This document shows, piece after piece, positions 22,144-33,560 of a stretch of 36,169 nucleotides of DNA (positions are counted from its first letter, which is position 1; every line of letters starts with the position of its first letter). This DNA is from Mizuhopecten yessoensis (Eukaryota). The notes below the pieces were generated by a model that saw only the letters and a list, made by a program, of their open reading frames with translations, did no database searches and was not told the origin of the DNA. The stretch lies in the NCBI RefSeq assembly GCF_002113885.1, contig NW_018407955.1, positions 800,480-836,648 of the forward strand. Direction: 5' to 3'. The position numbers and the translations under genes are program-made.

Positions 22144-22891
22144 ACGCCTGACAAAAGAATCAAAGTACTGTACCTAACGGAAGCAGAGACTTTTCTCTAC
22201 TGTCGGGCACAACCGGAAGTTAGAGACCCGAGGTACATAACAAGTATAATATATATACTTCCCTATAAGAACAAGAATATATACAATAAATACACATTCC
22301 AAATATACAATTATTTTTTCTTCTTATATATATACATTATTACAAGCCTTCTTGGCCAATTTTTAACCTCCCCCAACGATACAAAAACACTAGTTTCGGA
22401 CAAAGGAGTCGCCTCCAAATTTCACCAAAATATAAGGATAGGAGATAGCATAGGCGACTCCAACCCACCGCCTGAGGGAAGGCAACTACCATCGCGCCGA
22501 CAGAACATCGACTACCGTCGGTGAGATGAAACCCGCAAGGGCGGATTCATGTAGGCGCTAAACCCTTCAACCAACCAACCGTCTCCGTGTCATAGGAGGA
22601 TAGCGAGGACTACACTAAGGACGTCGTTCCGTGGACCGCAGTAGCTGTGAGTGACAGCCTGTCCACATCTGAGGAGCTGTCCGACCTCAGGGCGTGACCT
22701 GGATGGGCAGGACTTTAGAATCTCCGAGGGCCTGGTAAGCGGCAACTTACCCCCTCACGTCGACCAAACAGTGAAGTGTAGACGTAAAACCCATCAACCA
22801 ACCTACCAACCGTCTCTGTGTTTCGTCTGCTGGACAATCGAACTACTCGGTAATGAAGCGGACGTAAATCCAATTAATCAATTAATCAATT

Positions 22892-22927
<36 letters not shown>
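22144..22927 (+). mobile_element. Putative retroelement insertion with an (AATC)n 3' tail, interrupting a duplicated ~65-bp segment
   Basis: A GC-rich body with an internal repeat (aacccttcaaccaaccaaccgtctccgtgt / aacccatcaaccaacctaccaaccgtctctgtgt) ends in (CAAT/AATC)n at 22871-22927. The flanks 22104-22143 and 22932-22955 match the continuous sequence 21573-21640. Confidence 0.4.
22871..22927. repeat. (AATC)n / (CAATTAAT)n microsatellite
   Basis: caattaatcaattaatcaattaatcaatcaatcaatcaatcaatcaatc. Confidence 0.95.
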
Positions 22928-23353
22928 TTACCCGTGTTACCAGACTGCTGGAAACGTCTCCATTAAGGCAGGAATAGTATTCCGATGCACACTAAAGCGC
23001 CAAGCAACAACGCTTGGGGCAACAACAGCCTGAATATTCCCAAACTCGTTGCTGAATTTTCACTGAGTCAAGGCATAGCTTATCAAACATACTCACCAAA
23101 TTTCTTTTCCTGATTAATTTGGATGTAAAGGTTTACACAACAGTAACAAAGTCCGTTAAGATTGTAAAAACTTACTTGCGAGTAGCGAAAATGCACAATT
23201 TGGCACGTGCATACACAGATACACAGATTTATTCTGACTGTAGGAAATTGTACAATTACCTCTGCTGTCAGCTCAATTATAAAAGTTACAATAGTACATA
23301 TAGTTGGTTAAACATATTTATAACATGATTTCTGAGTATTTTTTGCGAGTCCA

Positions 23354-24540
23354 TTACAGATAGCTGCACAGTTTCATAGAGAACAGATGTGCAATGATAA
23401 GACAGGCCGTTCCATATATCCACGGTTCGGTGAAGGAATGAGTGTTTCCGGATAATTTGAGTTCGTGTCCTCTGGTGGTGGTGGTGGTGGTGGTGTTCTT
23501 GTTAGGTTTGATGAAAGTCGACACCTCGGGATCATACTTCTCGGTCATGATTTTATATAGTTCTATCATGTCTCCTCTGGCTCTTCGATATGCCAATGTT
23601 GGTAATTTCAGGCGTTGAAGTCTCTCGGGGTAGGATAGATTAGCCATTCCGGGTATTAGCTTGGTAGCTCTCCTTTGTACATTTTCTATCGATTCTATCT
23701 GTTTAATGAGATGGGGGCTCCAGACTTGGTTGACATACTCTAGATGTGGTCTCACAAGTCCTTTGTATACAGCTGTGAATGTTGTCAGATCCATGTATTC
23801 CATAGTACGCCTTATTACACCCATTATAGAGTTGGCTTTGTTGATTTTTTCAGATATATGTACATTAAATGCTAATTTGTTGTCAATGGTGACTCCAATA
23901 TCTTTCTCATGTTCTGTATAGGGAAGTTCTTTCCCATCATCTAGGTTGTAGGTGAAGTTGTCAATATCACTGTTGCCAATTCGCATTGCTTTGCATTTGT
24001 CTTGGTGGAAAAATAGAAGCCACTTTTTGTTCCATGATTGAGCTTTCAGCAGGTCTTCCTGTAGGCCCTCGCAATCTTGGGTGTTACATATAGCACGGTA
24101 GAATTTTGTGTCATCTGCGAAAAGGTATGTGTTGGTTTCCGTACTTGTTATATTCGGGAGGTCATTTACAAATAGGACTGGGCCTAGGACGGATCCTTGT
24201 GGAATACCACTGCTCACCTCCTTCCAACATGACGTGTCTCCATTTATTGTTACGCGTTGTTTGCGATTTAGAAGAAAGGCTTTAATCCAGCTCGTGATTT
24301 TACCCGTAAATCCGTACATGCTCATTTTATGGACGAGTCGGTGGTGAGGGACCTTGTCAAATGCTTTCATAAAGTCACAGTACAGCACATCAATGCATCC
24401 TCCTGCATTACATCAAGAATTTATTTTCATCCAGTGGTTAATTACTTGAATTAACTGTAATACAGTTGATCTTTCTTGGATAAACCCAAATTGTTTCTTG
24501 CTGAATAATTGCTGCATAGGGACAGTGAAATAATGAACGC
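23354..24540 (-). mobile_element. CR1/L2-like non-LTR retrotransposon (LINE) fragment. Reverse transcriptase domain, 5'-truncated, one in-frame stop.
   Basis: ORF 23354..24388(-) has RT motifs LYCDFMKAFDKVPH, GIPQGSVLGPVLF and FADD, and the CR1-type C-terminal motif RLQRLKLPTLAYRRARGDMIELYKI. The frame continues upstream (QQLFSKKQFGFIQERSTVLQL) across a TGA near 24410. No endonuclease domain upstream. (GGT)7 encodes poly-Thr near the C-terminus (23471-23492). Confidence 0.85.
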
Positions 24541-25919
24541 ACTCAAAACGCATTCTTCGGTTCGTGGAATCGGAACGGTCGCTTTTGAAACAAGAAGTGA
24601 ATGAAATGAAATATGAACGAGTAAATTACAACGTTCTGGTTCACATATCTAAACATACCGGTAACATGATCAATGGTTCAGATCCGGGGAGTCCCGGGTG
24701 ACGGCTCGGGTGGCGGGGGCATAAGCTCTTAACTCAGCCTCACCATTACCTAATCATAAATGCTCCGACCCGACCCCATCTAGATCAGTCTGCGTGCAAA
24801 TTATTTCAGGACAGGACACAGATGTCGGTTACTCACATATGGTGAACCATTTGGCCCAGTCGGCTACCGGAGGGCCGGGTACACGCCATATCCTATTCAT
24901 GAAATTTCTTTTGGTGGGCGTGTTTTTAGCGGTCGTCTGGCAAACTATCGCGGTCCAAAGTTGTAACCGCGGAAAACCCGCGATTTAGAAAAAAAATGAC
25001 ACAGCGTTGTCCAGTACCGTATAAAGTGATGTCCGACCTGGTATTGATTTAGAATATGCAAATGTGTCTCGAGTTATTATTGTATCGTTATATTTCAGAA
25101 ATAGAGAGGGTCCGGATGATCAATCTCCCCGAGATCTGTCCCTGTTATATCAAATTATATGGTAATATACCAAGAAATATAAAACAGTGGGAATATGAGA
25201 AACGAAAATATTTAAAAATATAAACAACTGTACTTGGTACGTGGTATAAGTTACATATAATATACCACAGGGACATGAAAATTAATTACAGGGTGTATAT
25301 TTGGACATATCCTGATATGTAGGAAGTATTATGAAACGTTATAGATGTCATTGACACTCAGGTTCCTGTGTAATGTGTTATTAAATATATACGTTTCACA
25401 ATTATTTCCTGAAAGCCTTACTATACATCAGCAAAATAATATCTTCCCTGTGTATCAGTAGACGTTTTGTGTATTGTATTCCCTGTCTGATTCCTGGATT
25501 GACAGAGCTAAGTTATGGATGAGCTGACTGGTCGGGGACATGCAAACAGGGAATCAATGTTCATCTGATAAAATACCAACATGCGTGCAGAATATTAGTG
25601 GCCAGTAACGCTAGCGTCCTGCCTCCCCTCTGCCCGACATTGGTATAGTCTAAGCAGCATCTGTCTCCGCATGATGTGCAGCGGGTAGCTACACACATGG
25701 ACTGGTCTGGGGAGGGAATTCCCCAAAACATTGTGTACGGGCGATTCCGTTCGGTGCATCTGTGACCAAGTACAGTCGTCTGTTAGGCCTAACGGCTGTA
25801 GCGTGCAATAAGCATGGTGAACGGGACGTGACAATTGATGGTAACAGCTACTGGATATATAAATCAAGTATCACAAAGGTCTTCAAGAATAGGTAAGTTA
25901 CGGTGGCTCGGATGAAACG

Positions 25920-26340
25920 GACACATTGCATGCTTATATAGACACGCATGCACATATTTAGACACGTGTACCCATCACATAAAAAACGCGCATGCATTTG
26001 ACAAATGTCAGTCCAATGTTAGAACAATACCACATTCTTGTACACGTGTGTCAGTAAAGTAACAAGTATGTTAGTTCTTATTATGCATAATACGGCCCTT
26101 AACACATATGTCAGATATTACATGTGTCATTTTACACGTAATATAAATGTGCACTAATAATTAATTCACAAATGTTACAGAAAAAACACACATGTTTCTT
26201 GGTAACCTATGCATACGACCATATACCACACACATGTGTCCCATCCAGCTACACATTGACACAAAACACATATATGTATACACAGATGTCACATTCTATC
26301 ATACACATCACACAAATAAACATCACAAAGCTTAAGATTA
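25920..26340. repeat. Low-complexity region rich in CACRTGT(G/C) palindromic motifs
   Basis: acacgtgt, acacatgt, acatgtgt and cacatgtg recur about every 30-40 bp. Confidence 0.5.
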
Positions 26341-26711
26341 TTTGTGTTGCACTTGGCCCCCGTATACACAATACATTTTATTTCTTCAAATATATTTATT
26401 GAAATAAGTATTGCCTAAATATGAGGGCCATCATAAGGTTTATCAACTGGTTAGCTACCTAAAGAAATTATTAACCTAAGTGAAGCTGAGGTCAATAGGC
26501 TCTTTTTTAAGGCAATGCAGTTATTGCGTTATTATGTTTTATGTCGTGACTGGGCCATGTACATACTAGGTAAAAACTCAGTAGGTTAGAGCACCCGTCA
26601 AGCGTGGAGTTTTGTGGTTCTTGGTTCAAATCATGGTCTTACCTGTCTCATTTTCCTGCACCTTTACATTTGTGTCTTAATTACCTGACTGCTTATTTCA
26701 TGTACTGTAAA

Positions 26712-26808
26712 AAGGGGATACTTAACCCACTCATCCGTAAAGTCACATTTGAACCTTACCCAATCATAGACTGGGCAAGTCCACTTTTAAACATGTAGGG
26801 GTGAATAA
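26712..26808. repeat. Family Y mini-element copy
   Basis: cttaacccactcatccgtaaagtcacatttgaaccttacccaatcatagactgggcaagtccacttttaaacatgtaggggtgaataag. Confidence 0.5.
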
Positions 26809-27417
26809 GATAAAAATGTGCTGTCCATAATGCAGTCTTGCGGAGACCTAGAAAAAGGAAGGATCAGAAATGGGCCAGAGTCAAATTACTACAAGTGATG
26901 TTAAATATTTTTCTGTTTAATTTGAAATATATTTGTTCTTCATGCTGGGGTTACTGGTATTTAGACTGCAAGATAAATAGATCTGATGTCTATATGTCTT
27001 TTTTTTCTTTATTTCATGTTTCCAAATTTAACATTTAAACATGGATTTTCAGTAAATTCACAATGTGCTACTCCTTAAAAAAGACACCATTTATACAAAT
27101 ATTTCAATGCCCTGAGGCTGATGTGTGTGATACTAATAGCGAAGCTCTGCTTCAGAGCTCTAAAAATGATAGTTCATTTAAAATAAATTGATTATTTTCA
27201 TGTGTTTTTTTTAACTGGACATTTTTTACATTTAGAAAAGAATCTTTAAAGACTGTGTCAATTTTGTTTTAACACACCAACTAACACCATGACTGAAACT
27301 CATGGACTCTCATAGACACCCTATGTGAGCACTGGAATTCTTTTGTCTTTGGTATAATTTGCAAACAGAAAATTATCTTAAGGATCCTTGTCCCACTGCA
27401 CTGCGGTTTTTCCTACA

Positions 27418-27730
27418 TGCAGTAACCTCCCCTTCACTTCCGTTTGGATATCGTAAGAGGCCGTCGTTGTGCCATATCAACGACTTGACTGTTCATCATA
27501 TTTTTTGTTGATGTTGACTTAGATTGTTTAAACTACTTTTTATTTTAGCGGCAATGATTTCATGTAATTAAAACAGGACTGACAATATTTGTTTAATTTT
27601 GTACGATATTACTGGAGGTTTACTGCTACTGTAGACCAATTACGGTAGGCACTTTCTTCCACTAGATAGCTCAGCTGGTTACAGTAATAGTTTTCCAGCC
27701 GGAAGTTCAGGGTTCGAATCAGGGTCTAAC
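27418..27730 (+). repeat. tRNA-related SINE-like repeat, family V copy (interrupted)
   Basis: cagtaacctccccttcacttccgtttgg at 27418. tagctcagctggttacag...gttcagggttcgaatcagggtctaacctccc at 27668-27720. Confidence 0.4.
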
Positions 27731-27883
27731 CTCCCATTGTTGATTCTTTTACCAGAACAACAGAAAAAGTGTAGTACCAAAAGTATGAGTCTGGTTAATT
27801 ATCAAGTCAATTGGCATCTACTAATTACCGCTAAGCAAAAATTACAATAGAAGTTCAAGATAAGTAAGTGCACAGGTTTACTT

Positions 27884-28066
27884 CACGAGCAATTTCACAA
27901 ATGAATTCCTGTTTTTGCCAGGGAAAAGATTAAAAGAATCTTCACAAATGAATTCCTGTTTTTGCCAGGGAAATGATTAAAAGAATCTTCACAAATGAAT
28001 TCCTGTTTTTGCCAGGGAATGATTTAAAGAATCTTCACAAATGAATTCTTGTTTTTGACGGAGAAA
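27884..28066. repeat. Minisatellite, ~46-bp unit x4 (tcacaaatgaattcctgtttttgccagggaaaagattaaaagaatct)
   Basis: Four consecutive units; the last is diverged. Confidence 0.85.
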
Positions 28067-28695
28067 AAGATAAATAGATATTTTAAAGGTAAAGTTGTGT
28101 ATAAACATTTAAGGTACCACAACATCATTTATAATTACATGAGAAGTGTTCAACTCGGATGGTTTTTGACATTTGACCTTTTTTGATTATTCTCCCCTTA
28201 AGATAAAAGGATGGAGGTTGACCAAAAGGACTTTTTCTGGCTAAGAGAAACTTCTAACTCGCCAACCTTTTGAAATTTCAGTGGGGAAGATTTTGCATGC
28301 TAAAAGTAAAATCATAAATAAAATGTATGTATATACCTCTTAGAGACAAAAAATCTTTTATATTGACATATTTTGAGTTGTTCCTTCAGATAAAATCATT
28401 AGATCTTAGACTATAGAAATAGATTAGCAAATTCTGTGGTTGGAAATACTAAATTGAAGGGTAAAAAATTGTGAGTCTCTGTCCTAAATAGGGAGAGTTG
28501 GCAAGTATGAACTTCCACTGTAAAATTTCGGATTATTCTGCCTTTTATATAGAAGATGAAGCAATTAAAAGGATTTAACAATGTATATAGTATATGAGTA
28601 TTGAGTCGGAATGAAACTGCAAATTGTGTTGATACATATATAGCTTGTAGGTTTAACCTGATAATAAAGGTTTTATTGCCTTACCGGTCACATCA

Positions 28696-29042
28696 CATCC
28701 TGATATCCAGGGGTTACGCTCACTTTCGCTCTCTACACCCCTGGAATATGTCATAGTAAAATTGAAGGATCAGTGTGCGCCCCCTCGCCCCCTCGTTGAT
28801 GAGACAAGAAGACTAGTTCGATCCTTTGATATACATCAAAAGAATCTCGCGGTCAGGTAATGGTAAAAAATGACAGGACAGATATCAGCCTAACGATTGG
28901 TCAGTTTTTTTTTACCTTAGACCATTCAAACAGCTATCTTCGTGCCTTCAATTTTGCTATAACATATTCCAGGGGTGTAGAGAGCGAAAGTGAGCGTAAC
29001 CCCTGGATATCGAGGAAGCGTAACCCCTGGATAGCGAGGATG
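28696..29042. mobile_element. MITE copy 2 with a perfect 9-bp target-site duplication GTCACATCA (28687-28695 and 29043-29051)
   Basis: Same TIRs as copy 1 (catcctgatatccaggggttacgctcactttcgctctctacacccctggaa ... ccaggggtgtagagagcgaaagtgagcgtaacccctggatagcgaggatg). Internal 24-bp tandem duplication in the right TIR. Identical 9-bp direct flanks. Confidence 0.8.
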
Positions 29043-29149
29043 GTCACATCAATGTTGATTAGATTAGATTTTCATCTAAAAAATACAAATAAAACATCAA
29101 AAGAATTCTGGTTGCTTCGGAACAGGAAATGACAATCAATTTTTCACCT

Positions 29150-29191
29150 GCCAGGTACGTTTGTGGCATGTGTGTGCATGAGGTTCACACT

Positions 29192-29223
<32 letters not shown>

Positions 29224-29590
29224 ATACCTGTGGGAAAAGGTCAGTAGGTCATAGATATAGGTCAAACATCTCTATCGATTAGCACACACTCAGGGTGTTA
29301 ACACACCTTGGCAGGTATTGCAATTCAAAGAGATGTCACTAGTTAAAAAAATTGGTGTTATGACATCATCAATGGTTGAGGTTTAATAGTAACCATGTGC
29401 ATTGATGATATTCATAATAAATCTTTTCTCCTGGAAGTCAGGTGGCGCAGTGGTTAACACTTCCTCCTTTCACCAAGACACCTAAGATTTGAATCCCATT
29501 TGGACTTGAAAATTCCTGGGGTCTCCTGCCTGGCTATTCAGGTTTTCTTCAGGTACTCTAGTGACCAGAGCTTCTTTCATGATTGTTGTA
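29150..29590 (+). repeat. Composite SINE-containing repeat, copy 2, carrying a 30-nt poly-C tract at 29193-29222
   Basis: Same family as 21640-22040. A partial third copy lies at 29920-30060. Confidence 0.7.
29193..29222. repeat. poly-C homopolymer (30 nt)
   Basis: Uninterrupted C run. A second (C)14 run lies at 30361-30374, next to a gggggcatg motif. Confidence 0.95.
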
Positions 29591-32083
29591 AAATAAATGT
29601 AATAGAGGTAATTTATTTTACGATGCTTCTGCTAGGAGTTGAACCCAGGACCTCTGGTTTACTAGTCTTACACTCAACCGAATGAGCTGAAAAGAAATTC
29701 TCCCTAGCCAAGTTGATAGGATCAGCAAAATAATTAAAAGCTTACAACAAATAGTACACTATAAGTAGGGTATTAAGATCTTCCAATGAAGGCCTATTAT
29801 GTGTTGTGTAATGATATTTATGTAGAACTCGAATATGTGAAAAAAATGCCATATGAGCAATACGGCCCATTAGGCCTCTTGCTAATAATCTGCCATTAAG
29901 GTTTGTGGAAATAGTATTTTTCACACTACTTTTAACAAGTGAAATTCAGTAGGTTTTAAATATAGGTCAAATATCTCCTTCTTGGTTATCACACCTTAGG
30001 GGGTAGCACACCTCTCCAGGTATTGTACATAAAAGGATGTCATTAGTGAAAACGAGCAAACTGTTGACTTTTCTTCAGTGGTGCTCAGAGAGAAGCACAG
30101 TGATTGCGGACAGAAGGTGAATTATTCTTGAGATAGCTCATAACAACAGTACCAGGGTAGGATCATTTTAAAGATTGGCATTTTATCAATCTTTTGATGA
30201 ACAGGGAAAGAGCCGAAACCCAAAGTGTTAAGCTGTCACAGGTATACATTCGCAGGTAGGTGTACAGGCGTGTAGCTGAGCTGTTTTGGATGTGCATGCA
30301 GAAAGTCGCACCAAAGGTGCAAATGCCAGCGCTGCCATTCTAGGGGGATAAGGGGGCATGCCCCCCCCCCCCCCGCCCAATTTTTTTTAGATCTAGAAGC
30401 TCTGTCGTGCCATCTGGTGGCTTTTTAAATACATATTTGAGTGTTTTAATTTATTTTACAGACAACATTTTTTGGTTGATTCTTCACTTTAATATTGGAA
30501 AGCATTGCAAAAATTCAAATGTATTTCAAATGCGAAAGACAGCTCTCCTTTTTTTCTCCGACAAAAATGTGTCGATTGTTGGAATTACCCGAATATATCC
30601 GTTGCGTCATATCTCTTTCTTGATGAATCTAAATTAACTAGATATTTAAAATGTCGGAGCCAATATAAACAGATTAATTTCAGATTTTTTGCCCTTGTGT
30701 CCCCCAAACCCTTTTTATTTCATCAACATTTCTCAGAACATAAGATGACGGTAGCTCCTATATCGATGTTTAGATATATGTATACATATATATCCAGTAG
30801 CTTTTCTGAAGATAGGCCTAGGACTACTCTGAAAAACATACTTTATCAGTTCATGACAGGGACAAATGAAGGCCTATATAATGTCACAGATTAGCAAAAG
30901 CTACATGTACGTGGCTTTTTTCTGACTTTTGAGGCTTTGCCTTTTTCATATTACATTTGCAGGCAAAGTGAATGTAAAACTCAGATGGATCCTATACGCT
31001 CATATAACCGCCCTAAAACCTATAACAATAATGCTAGTAACAAATCAATCTACAATTGTCATTCGGAAGACCTTTAATTGGTGAAAAAAAATACACAAAA
31101 ATACATCCATTCCGGAAAAATAACCCGCCTCCGTTGACTTAGTTGTATTTCATTACAATCGCTTGTTAAAATGTTGACGTGTATGGAACTTGAACACGTG
31201 AGTTTTTTTCCATCTTTTTGACAGGATATCGATATCCACCTTCACTTTAGTAAGACGAATATCGGCCACGCTTGTATTCCGATATCACGGGTAACAACAG
31301 TCAAACTCAGGGGGGGACCCAGGAATTAATTTTGGGTGTTGCCCAAAATTTTTAACTCAGAAGACTCAAAAAACTAATAAATTATAATTGTCATGTTGGT
31401 TGTACATGTATACTACTTTCTGGCACCAAACAATATATAGGGTAGAAGTTCTTTATTTCTGAGATTGTGACAATTATAATTTCCCTGCTGAGCAGAGCGA
31501 GGCGAAGTCTTTTTTCTGAAGATGTACAGTAATACTAAACTTGTTCAAGCACTAGCTGTCAAGCGTAGAAAGCTAGAATTTATCAGACATTATTTCCATT
31601 GTCAAACAGATCGGATAAGGCATAGAATAGTTTTCTGAGTTTGCGGTATTATTCCAGGTTATATTTCATAACATAGATTATTATTTTAATTGATTTTGAG
31701 CTGACTCTGATTGGCTGAAACAACATCATGTGACCACCTGTAAAAGTGGTTATAAACCTGAGTGGTTTGCAGGTGTTCAAAAAAGTTGGTAGAAAAAGAG
31801 TTATTAACCTGTTATAAATAGATTCTGGAATTTTTGTGAAGTCATTTAGATGATTAACACCTCATGGGAGATGAACACAGTAATGATCAAGATTAACACT
31901 GCAAGTCACTTATTGCAGATATTTAAATGATTATTGCAGATTATTGCAGATATTTAATTAAAAAATGTTATTTTTCTGATATTTTTGTTTAGTTAATTTT
32001 AAAATTTGTGACTAAAAAAAATGGAAATTACATTTTTTTCTGATATTTTGAAAAAATCAATTAAAATAATAAAACTATTGTAG

Positions 32084-32208
32084 CATGGTGATTTCGGTCG
32101 ATACATGGTTTTATCGACCTAGGTTAGCAATATTGACCTCGGACTGCGTCCTTGGTCAATATTGCTAACTTAGGTCGATAAAACCATGTATCGACCTCAT
32201 CACCATGC
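32084..32208. repeat. Near-perfect 125-bp palindrome (~55-bp arms, 16-bp loop)
   Basis: gcatggtgatttcggtcgatacatggttttatcgacctaggttagcaatattgacc [tcggactgcgtccttg] ggtcaatattgctaacttaggtcgataaaaccatgtatcgacctcatcaccatgc. Confidence 0.9.
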
Positions 32209-32689
32209 TATAATTGTATAGTATTTATATTTTATGATGGCCAAGCGGAGCGAGTGTTAACAAATTCTCTGAAACAATGGTAAAAATGTAGTTTTTTTGT
32301 TAAAATGTTGATGTTTGTGTCATGCCTTTCATGTGCATGTAGTTTAGGCGAGGATTTTGGCAATTAAATATTGATTTAGTTTGTCATAAAAATGAATTAT
32401 GATTTGACTGTTTGTCTTTTATTGTGAATTTGTATGCATGCATATGTACAAGGGCAACACCTGTTAAAAAGGATATATATATACACGCCAGGCTTTTATG
32501 CTAACATTGGTTATTATTCACCTGATATTACAATGCTAAGGTGGATGCTTTACTGTCTTTGAAATTTTGAAATTTACATTTTTTAACAGGTATAATAAAA
32601 CACTCCTGATGATCATGTGTACATGAAACCACAGGTGAAAATACAGGTTTATCTATCATGAAATGGACTATACCTTTGAAATAACAAGT

Positions 32690-32692
<3 letters not shown>

Positions 32693-32721
<29 letters not shown>
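32693..32721. repeat. (AT)n microsatellite
   Basis: Uninterrupted AT dinucleotide run. Confidence 0.95.
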
Positions 32722-32724
<3 letters not shown>

Positions 32725-33049
32725 AATTCCAACAGATGATTTTATCCTCTCTCCACGAACAGGGTGATCACCACACCGTGACATTAGAACAATACAATTA
32801 GGTAGACAGTCCGTTGAGCCTTCACCACTGACCTGACTGGAGACCCTACTAATATATAAACAAAAGAGGATTAATCCCCTATTGTTTAGAGTATAATTAG
32901 TGGACTCCTTGTTTGGGCAACTGCACCCTTAGGCATATATATATATAGATATTCAAACTGCTGCTTGCCATAGAAAATCATAGTTCACAGGATGGTTGAT
33001 ATTAGAAGAAAATCCCATATGAAAAAGAGGAGAATCTTCAAAAACCTAT

Positions 33050-33560
33050 AAGTCCAGAATATTTTTGGACACAAAAAAAGGGGTATTGCCCGGGCAACTA
33101 GGGCAACACCCCTGGGTCCACCACTGAGACTGATCAGAACAGTGTTCGGTCCGGCATTACTAGGCCCTAATGCTAATAGCCGTTTTAGACTCGTCGATGC
33201 CTAAGTGAATGTCGCAAGAGGATGTTGTTTCATGTGAACCTACAGCTGCTTGGAAGATGTCATTTCTTTTTGTGAGTGAGGGTACGCTGATCTGCATATG
33301 CAGGCAAGCGTTAAGGATCCCTGTACCACTCCCAAAATCTAACTTCACATTGGAAACCGTTTAATCATTTCTGAAAAGAAAACCATTTTGCAACTTTTAT
33401 GAAAAAAAATGAATGCAGATGAAATATACGAAATGTTATCAACAACAGCGTTCCAATCGAGTGTAAAAAGTTCAGCGGCCCTAGAGAGGGAATCGAACCC
33501 TGAACTTGTCATACTGTCACTCTGACCGACTGAGCTGCCTGGCCAATGAGGGTGTCCTTG
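33050..33560 (-). mobile_element. SINE-like element, minus strand, with a tRNA-like head (33470-33560) and an A-rich 3' end near 33060
   Basis: rc head reads ggccaggcagctcagtcggtcagagtgacagtatgacaagttcagggttcgattccctctctagggcc. The 3' region contains ggacccaggggtgttgccctagttgcccgggcaatacccc followed by poly-T. Confidence 0.45.

Noticed and set aside
22135-22524. 129-aa ORF (+) starting MVYTPDKRIKVLY
   Set aside because: Low-complexity translation (YIYI, FFFLY) across a repeat junction and the GC-rich inserted element. No recognisable domain.
23471-23492. (GGT)7 as an independent coding microsatellite gene feature
   Set aside because: It lies inside the LINE ORF2 C-terminal region and encodes poly-Thr. 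Annotated as part of the LINE.
30505-30894. 129-aa ORF (+)
   Set aside because: AT-rich, no recognisable motifs, no splice or promoter context, and flanked by a poly-C and repeat region. Treated as a chance ORF.
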